A DNA stretch of 64,000 nucleotides, from assembly GCA_963725605.1 (NCBI GenBank), contig CAVRYW010000005.1:17907-81906 (forward strand), in the 5' to 3' direction. The translations under genes and the position numbers were made by a program. Position 1 is the first letter of the stretch, and every line of letters begins with the position of its first letter. This stretch comes from Vulcanimicrobiota bacterium (lineage in GTDB: Bacteria; Vulcanimicrobiota; Vulcanimicrobiia; Vulcanimicrobiales; Vulcanimicrobiaceae). The notes under the pieces were generated by a model. The model searched no databases and was not told the origin of the DNA. It was given only the letters and a program-made list of their open reading frames with translations. Below are positions 57,935 to 64,000 of this stretch, piece by piece.

Positions 57935-59302
57935 ATGAGAATCTCGGGGTTCATGCGGTTTTCGCTTGGCATTTGGGCGAGCGCGGCCATACTCGGCGGC
58001 TGCTCGCTTGGCTCGCGAGGCACGCAAGGTGCGCTGCCCTACATGCAAAGCGACAACGCACTGCATGCGCTCGACTCCACGGGCGCGGGCAAGATCACCC
58101 ATATCGTCTACATCGTTCAGGAGAACCGCAGCTTCAACAACCTCTTCTACGGCTACCCCGGCGCGTATACGGTCACGGAAGGCGCAGACTCGAAGGGCCA
58201 TATGATCAAGCTGCAGCCGTCGAAGCTCGGCGCTTTCTACGATATCGATCACTCTGTGGCGGCGATGATCGCGGCGTGCAATGGTACGGGCACGATGCCT
58301 GGTACGGATTGCCGGATGAACGGATTCGACAAAGAGTGGTCCGATGGCGCTTTTAAGCACCCGCAGTATGTGTACGTGCCGCACGATCAGTCGCGGCCGT
58401 ACTTCGACATGGCGCACGAGGGCGCGCTCGCCGACCGCATGTTCCAGTCGCAGCTCGACGAGAGCTTCGTCGCGCATCAATATATCATCGCCGCGCAGGC
58501 CGCCTGGAGCGCCGATTTGCCCGGTGGCTACTGGGGATGCGAGGACCACGAGGCAGCCCGAGTCCCAATGATTACCACGGAGCGCGAAGTCACCGGCTAT
58601 CAGAAGGCGTGCTTCGACTATCAAACTCTAGGCGACGAACTCGATAAAGCCAATCTCTCCTGGCGTTTCTATGCCAGCCGGTACGGCAAGGGCAGCGGCA
58701 ACGGCGCAACGTGGTCGGGCTATCAAGCCGTCAAACATATCTACAACGGGCCCGACTGGACGAAAGACGTCATCTCGCCAAACTGGACGTTTATCACCGA
58801 CGTCCGTAAGGGTGACCTCGCAAACTTTACCTGGATCACGCCCGTCTGCGACGACTCGGACCACACGAACTGCCCGGATGACTACGGGCCGTCGTGGGTC
58901 TCCGCGCTCGTAAACACCGTCGGCGAAAGCAAGTTCTGGAACTCGACAGCGATCTTCATTCAGTGGGACGACTGGGGCGGCCTTTACGATCCCGTGGCGC
59001 CGGAGTACAAGGATCGCGACAGCTTGGGCTTCCGGATTCCGCTGATCATGCTATCTCCGTACGTCAAGCACGATCACGTCTCGCACATCCACTACGAAAC
59101 GGCCAGCGTGCTGCGCTTCGCCGAAGATCTCTACGGTCTGGGTCAGCTCTCCAAGGCCGACACTCGTGCGAACTCACCGGCGTCCGACTGCTTCGACTTC
59201 TCGCAAAAACCCGCGAAATTCATCCCGATCAAGGCGCCTTTGCCGCCGAAGTTCTTCATGCAGCAGTACCCCGACGACGATCTTATTCCCGACAGCGAAT
59301 AG
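57935..59302 (+). CDS. Phosphoesterase family protein (PLC/AcpA family), lipoprotein; paralog of 54023-55444
   Basis: Lipobox ILGGCS. HIVYIVQENRSFNNLFYGYPGA motif and a shared WDDWGG(F/L)YD block. Confidence 0.85.
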   Translation: MRISGFMRFSLGIWASAAILGGCSLGSRGTQGALPYMQSDNALHALDSTGAGKITHIVYIVQENRSFNNLFYGYPGAYTVTEGADSKGHMIKLQPSKLGAFYDIDHSVAAMIAACNGTGTMPGTDCRMNGFDKEWSDGAFKHPQYVYVPHDQSRPYFDMAHEGALADRMFQSQLDESFVAHQYIIAAQAAWSADLPGGYWGCEDHEAARVPMITTEREVTGYQKACFDYQTLGDELDKANLSWRFYASRYGKGSGNGATWSGYQAVKHIYNGPDWTKDVISPNWTFITDVRKGDLANFTWITPVCDDSDHTNCPDDYGPSWVSALVNTVGESKFWNSTAIFIQWDDWGGLYDPVAPEYKDRDSLGFRIPLIMLSPYVKHDHVSHIHYETASVLRFAEDLYGLGQLSKADTRANSPASDCFDFSQKPAKFIPIKAPLPPKFFMQQYPDDDLIPDSE

Positions 59303-59314
59303 CGAGGGACAGCG

Positions 59315-60271
59315 CTAGTTCGGCGGCACGCTAACGGTCATTCCGATCGGATTGTAGAAACCCGAGAAGACCGCGAGCTGCTTGCCGCCGGCCGGATAAT
59401 CGTAGAGCCCGATCCGTCGAACGGTGTACGCGCGCCGGCTCGCGACGACATTGCTGCCTTGGATCCAAAATCGTGCCGGGCTCGCCACGTGCTGTAAGGA
59501 TACGGTGTGGACGACCCTTGCGCGATCGTCGGATACCTGCATGCGATAAAGCTGCGGCCCTCCCTTGTCCGACAGGAAGCCTTCGCCGACGACGACGTAC
59601 TTGCCGTCCCACTGCACGCTGCCGCCATTGATGGCCGGCTTGTTCAGCCGAACGATCGAAAAACTCTTGCTGTCCTTCGCCAGTTCCTCGAAAATGAAAT
59701 CGCCGCTGTTCACGATGCCGTCGGCGAAAATGTTACCGCGGTTGTCGTACGTGCCGGCAACCGGTTCGAAGTTCGTCTCGTAAACGATCGGCGTGCCTTT
59801 TCGCGCACCCGGAAAGACGTCGACCTGCCCCGCCGAACCGGCGAAGGCGTTCCACGTCACTAAATCGCCCGTCGCCGCATCGATCGCGCAGCCCCGCGCG
59901 CCTCCGGGCACCTCGATCCTTTCAATCGGCTTCGTTCCACCGTGGACGAACTTATAAAGGCGAAACTTCTTAGTTTCCTGATCGTACGCCGAGACCCAGA
60001 CGTTGCCCGACGCGTCGGAGCATATGCCGGTCGGACCCCCGATGTTCGCGATCGTTGCGACGAACTTGCCTTGCGGATACGTGAGAACCGTCACGCCGTT
60101 GGCGGCGAGCGAATTTGCGACGTATAAGAGATCGCCGCTCGTTGCTCTTCGTGCCGCTGGGCCACCCCCCGAAGAGACAAACGGCGGCCCGTTGGGGCCG
60201 CCGCATCCGAATAGCAGCGTAACTATCGCCGCGCTACCGAGCATGGTGCATCCACGACGCAATCTCTGCAC
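59315..60271 (-). CDS. Lipoprotein, probable beta-propeller, function unknown
   Basis: GTG start with GAGGAGGG upstream. Lipobox LLFGCGG. Confidence 0.75.
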   Translation of the reverse strand: MQRLRRGCTMLGSAAIVTLLFGCGGPNGPPFVSSGGGPAARRATSGDLLYVANSLAANGVTVLTYPQGKFVATIANIGGPTGICSDASGNVWVSAYDQETKKFRLYKFVHGGTKPIERIEVPGGARGCAIDAATGDLVTWNAFAGSAGQVDVFPGARKGTPIVYETNFEPVAGTYDNRGNIFADGIVNSGDFIFEELAKDSKSFSIVRLNKPAINGGSVQWDGKYVVVGEGFLSDKGGPQLYRMQVSDDRARVVHTVSLQHVASPARFWIQGSNVVASRRAYTVRRIGLYDYPAGGKQLAVFSGFYNPIGMTVSVPPN

Positions 60272-60398
60272 AAGCCTACCCTCCTCGCTGGAGAACCCGG
60301 GCCCGCCGAAGCCACTTGGTAACCTAGGTTATAGACCCAGGTTCTAAAATTTGCAAGCCCGAGGCGCTAGGCTTAGGGAAATATTGACTATAGTCACT

Positions 60399-63300
60399 TT
60401 AACTGCAGCCTGAGGTTGCTCCGCACGAGTCGCATTTTTCGCACGCGCCGTTGCGCACCATCGTGAGCTGACCGCACTCCGAACACGCGTTGCCGGTGTA
60501 ACCCTTGGCCTTCGACGCATTGATCGCTTCGGTTCTCACCATGACGGCGACGGCCGTACCTCCGCCGCTACCGCCGGTTGGAAGCGTTGGAGCGACGGGC
60601 GGCGCAATCGCCGGCCGCGGTTGCTGACCGGGATGGAGATGCGTGCTCACCGGGTGGAACATCTCGGCGACGCCCACCGGCCGGAGGTTGACGCCTCCCT
60701 CTTCCTCGGCGACGTACTCCTCGCGCGCCTCGGGTCCCATAGCATCCATCTGCATCGACGGCTCCACGTGCGCGAGATCGTAGCGGCCGAGATAACTGAC
60801 CGCGAGCTCTCGGAAGATATAGTCGAGGATCGAGGTCGCCATCTTGATATGATCGTGACCCACGACCGGTCCGTTCGGCTCGAAGCGCGTGAACGTAAAG
60901 GCCTCGACGAACTCTTCCAGGGGCACGCCGTGCTGCAACCCCAGCGAGATCGCAATCGCGAAGTTGTTCATCAGCGAGCGGAAGGCCGCGCCCTCCTTGT
61001 GCATGTCGAGGAAGATCTCGCCGAGCTGGCCGCCTTCGTATTCGCCGGTGCGGAGGTAGACCTTATGACCGGCGATCGTCGCCTTTTGCGTGTAGCCGCT
61101 GCGGCGCTGCGGCATCGGCCGGCGTTTGGCAATGTACCGATAAACGATCTTCTCGGCGATCTGCATCGGTGTTGCGAAAGGCTGCGGCTGCGAACCGCTC
61201 GCCGTTTCCTGTTCGCCGCCGTCGTTGCCGAAGTCGTAACTTGCGGCCAGCGGCTGCGAAAGCTTCGATCCGTCGCGATAGAGCGCCACGGCTTTGATCA
61301 TGCGCTCGCGCGAGTAGCGGTAGGCTTCCTTGACGTCTTCAATCGTCGCGGTTTGGGGGAAGTTGATCGTATTGTGATTGACGATGCCGTTGCCAACGAA
61401 TGCGTGCGTGACAGGCACGGACAGATCATAGACCTTTGCCGTTCCGGCGTCACTGACGGACGTTACCGGGCTAAAATGCAGGTTACGGTTTATGACCTCG
61501 TCGAGCCAAGCCGGTAGCTCAATTTGGTCGCGTAACTTGAAAGCAGTTTCCCAGGAGACGTGGTGGGTTCGAGGATCCAACAGGTATGTGTGCGTTCCAC
61601 GGGTGACGGGACTCCGGGGCGCGGAGCGTTGGGTCACTCGTGGAATGAGCTCGTAGAGCTGCCGTCCTGTAATGCCCGGTATAATGTCAGCTGTACTTTG
61701 GGAGAAGCTGTCTGTCAGGAGAGTCCAAGCACGTGCCAGCTTAGCAGGCTCGGGGAATGCTACCATGCTTAGCAATTTCTGCGCCTGGCGCCCCGCAGCG
61801 TAGACCTCTCCGTAAGTCTTCCCGTACTCCTTGTTAAGCTTATCTATTCGGCTGTGGACGACGCCAAGATTGGTTAACACGGCTTGGAGATCGTCGAGCA
61901 TCGGCGCGGAATCCAGACAGATCGCCCACCTTGCGTACCCCTCGGTCGTGACGTACGCATCGAGGAAAAGACCGCTGAGGAATGCAAGCACGTGCTCGCG
62001 CCTCGACCGAAGCACCGGGTCGGGAATGCGCTTCTGACTTGCTCGCGATCCACATTTGAGATACTCGAGGAACTCCACGAGGGTTTTTGACGCGAAGACA
62101 ATGCTTGCGCAGCGGTCCGCAGGTCGCAAGAGCTTGCCTTCGAGCCCGAAAGCCGAGCGGGCAGCGTCGAGCACTCGTTGCAGTACTACGTCTACGGAGT
62201 TCGTTATCGTGACGGTATAATTAACCCGTGCCGTATGTCCTTCTGCGGCGTAAGCCCCCAGAAAAAACGCGAGATCCGACGTCATTTGCCGCGGCGTTTC
62301 GAACGTCTTTTGACAGCCATACGGCAACGATGGCCTAAAATCGCCAAAGGTGGCAGCTTCGTTCGACCACATGTCGTCGCCATATTGCGTCGCCACGTAC
62401 TCGCCGGGCTCAATGTCGGATAAGTGTCGCCAGGCCAAGCCGGTGTCCCCACAGACAAGGACACGGTGATTTGGAGTTCCGATCACCCGGTGACCGGAAC
62501 GTAGCTTGACTTCACGCACCGATCGCTCGCCGCCATAATAAAAAGCATCGGTCGTGCGCGGCCCATTGAGAGAGGCCACCTCGGTGGCCTGCGTCCTGAA
62601 AGAATCTGCCTCTTCTCCGCGATGGAGAGACTCGATGCGAACGAGGCCGTGTTCAGTCGTAAGTAGCGTTTCTCCGACGACGCACTTTGAAATGGCGCCA
62701 CTGACAAAAGGCTGCGCGGCTGCCATCATGTCGACGTGTGCGAGCGGGCGGATGTAGCGCGAGCCATATCTTCCGCAGGGTGTAGCGCAATCGAAGACGG
62801 CCAGGTGCTCGTCGTTGAGATAGGGCGCACCCTCGACGGTCATTCGCCCGCAGATGTGGGCCGACGCTTCTTCGATTTGCTGCGTCGAAAAGCCGAGGCC
62901 ATCGCGAAGTAGCGAGAAGCTCCAGTCGTTGAGCTGGGCTTCGCTCAAACCGAGCCGCTCTTTGCAGAACTCTTCGCCGAGCACGAATTTATTGAAGACG
63001 AACGGCAGCTCGAAGGCGCTTGCAAGCACCGCCTCGACGCGCCCGATCGCCTCCTCGTCGAAGCCTTTCGCCTTGAGCGTCGCGCGGTTGATGTGCGGCG
63101 CCTCTTCCAAAGTGCCCGTGCCTTTGGCGTAGGTCTCGATCGCCTCGATCTGTTCGTGCGAGTAGCCGAGCTTATGCAGCGCGGCATCGACGGACTGATT
63201 GACGATCTTGAAGTAGCCGCCGCCGGCGAGTTTCTTGAACTTCACGAGAGCGAAGTCCGGCTCGATTCCGGTCGTATCGCAGTCCATGACGAGGCCAATC

Positions 63301-64000
63301 GTGTTGTGCGAGATGAACCCGTTGGCGAAATAGGTGACGTTGGCCGGCACGGAGAGATCGTAGGTGAACTGCTCGCCGCCATCGTCGTTGGAGGCGACGT
63401 CGTCGTAGAAGAACGTCAGCGCGGTCTTTATTTCGAGGCTGCCCGTTCTCTCGAGCAACTCGGAGGCCGCCGTGCGGCTGATCGCGCCGGCATGGCGGTA
63501 GCCGTAGAGCGCGGTCCGCGGATAGAGCTCGCTGGAATGCGGGACGAGCGTGCGCAGAACGTCTTTACGCAGGAAGACGCGGTCGCCTTTGGTTCCCTGC
63601 CACGTGTCGCACGGACGCACGGCCCTTCGCTTGCGGTGACCGATGAATCCCACCGTTTTAAGGAAGGTGCGCACGTAGTCGGCATTGCGGACTCGCAGCA
63701 CGTAGAGATCGGCGCCGCTCCAGCCGGATTTGTCGATGCGGGTACTCGTCGGAATGCCGAGCGTGAGCAGCACGGTCCGCACGTCATCGGCCAGGCTTGC
63801 GTTCGCGGTCGAAAGGTGCGCGGCGCCGTTGACTACGGTGCCGTCGGCCTCAAAGAGGCCCCGCAGGAACGCTCCGTAGCTGTCGGGATCGTTCGCGGCG
63901 AGTACCGCATCGGGAACGTGGGCGAGGTAACTCTTGCTGCGCGAGTCACTGGCCGGGTGATGCTTTGCGAACCCGCACGCTTGCCACCACATCGCAAGCG
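60399..64000 (-). CDS. nrdJ: Class II (adenosylcobalamin-dependent) ribonucleotide reductase NrdJ, C-terminal part, interrupted by two inteins; the 5' end is outside the window
   Basis: Extein blocks are [47 protein letters not shown]|[13 protein letters not shown] and [38 protein letters not shown]. The C-terminal Cys cluster is CSECG...CEKCDSCG. Confidence 0.9.
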   Translation of the reverse strand, partial: LAMWWQACGFAKHHPASDSRSKSYLAHVPDAVLAANDPDSYGAFLRGLFEADGTVVNGAAHLSTANASLADDVRTVLLTLGIPTSTRIDKSGWSGADLYVLRVRNADYVRTFLKTVGFIGHRKRRAVRPCDTWQGTKGDRVFLRKDVLRTLVPHSSELYPRTALYGYRHAGAISRTAASELLERTGSLEIKTALTFFYDDVASNDDGGEQFTYDLSVPANVTYFANGFISHNTIGLVMDCDTTGIEPDFALVKFKKLAGGGYFKIVNQSVDAALHKLGYSHEQIEAIETYAKGTGTLEEAPHINRATLKAKGFDEEAIGRVEAVLASAFELPFVFNKFVLGEEFCKERLGLSEAQLNDWSFSLLRDGLGFSTQQIEEASAHICGRMTVEGAPYLNDEHLAVFDCATPCGRYGSRYIRPLAHVDMMAAAQPFVSGAISKCVVGETLLTTEHGLVRIESLHRGEEADSFRTQATEVASLNGPRTTDAFYYGGERSVREVKLRSGHRVIGTPNHRVLVCGDTGLAWRHLSDIEPGEYVATQYGDDMWSNEAATFGDFRPSLPYGCQKTFETPRQMTSDLAFFLGAYAAEGHTARVNYTVTITNSVDVVLQRVLDAARSAFGLEGKLLRPADRCASIVFASKTLVEFLEYLKCGSRASQKRIPDPVLRSRREHVLAFLSGLFLDAYVTTEGYARWAICLDSAPMLDDLQAVLTNLGVVHSRIDKLNKEYGKTYGEVYAAGRQAQKLLSMVAFPEPAKLARAWTLLTDSFSQSTADIIPGITGRQLYELIPRVTQRSAPRSPVTRGTHTYLLDPRTHHVSWETAFKLRDQIELPAWLDEVINRNLHFSPVTSVSDAGTAKVYDLSVPVTHAFVGNGIVNHNTINFPQTATIEDVKEAYRYSRERMIKAVALYRDGSKLSQPLAASYDFGNDGGEQETASGSQPQPFATPMQIAEKIVYRYIAKRRPMPQRRSGYTQKATIAGHKVYLRTGEYEGGQLGEIFLDMHKEGAAFRSLMNNFAIAISLGLQHGVPLEEFVEAFTFTRFEPNGPVVGHDHIKMATSILDYIFRELAVSYLGRYDLAHVEPSMQMDAMGPEAREEYVAEEEGGVNLRPVGVAEMFHPVSTHLHPGQQPRPAIAPPVAPTLPTGGSGGGTAVAVMVRTEAINASKAKGYTGNACSECGQLTMVRNGACEKCDSCGATSGCS
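61371..62684 (-). mobile_element. Intein 2 in nrdJ (438 aa) with LAGLIDADG homing-endonuclease domain
   Basis: It starts with Cys (K|CVVGETLL) and ends ...GNGIVNHN|T. The LAGLIDADG blocks are [13 protein letters not shown] and [12 protein letters not shown]. Excision restores GAISK-TINFP. Confidence 0.85.
63303..64000 (-). mobile_element. Intein 1 in nrdJ (C-terminal part only; extends beyond the window) with LAGLIDADG domain
   Basis: It ends ...FANGFISHN|TIGLVMD. A LAGLIDADG block [12 protein letters not shown] is present, and the downstream extein begins with Thr. Confidence 0.75.

Overview
This is a GC-rich bacterial chromosomal window with dense coding on both strands. I saw no rRNA, no intact tRNA and no CRISPR array.

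**Housekeeping genes**
- yceD-rpmF-fabH-fabD-fabG-acpP, then ffh and rpsP-khpA-rimM (22.3-28.8 kb).
- lhr helicase (42.2-46.3 kb).
- A class II ribonucleotide reductase (nrdJ) carrying two LAGLIDADG inteins (60.4-64.0 kb, running off the window).

**Remaining content**
- Mostly predicted exported or lipoproteins: beta-propellers, a BNR/Asp-box protein, S53 and S9 peptidases, two phosphoesterases, an erythromycin-esterase-family protein and a Vgb-lyase-family protein.
- Small regulatory modules: ECF sigma/anti-sigma, BlaI/BlaR1-TonB, a large ATP-binding LuxR (LAL) regulator and VapBC.

**Most unusual observations**
1. A 25-nt imperfect-palindrome box occurs three times, only around the LAL regulator, sedolisin and beta-propeller cluster.
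2. A tightly coupled operon encodes a leaderless SLT lytic transglycosylase and three small low-complexity proteins, two of them paralogs.
3. A decayed accessory stretch (about 5.3-11.3 kb) holds an intact IS1182/IS5-like element, a DUF1998-helicase C-terminal remnant, a tRNA 3' half with its terminator, a low-GC lipoprotein gene and a hairpin-rich non-coding segment.
4. Three genes are split by single-nucleotide frameshifts, two of them in short G-runs.

All family assignments come from motif recognition by eye. No database search was run.
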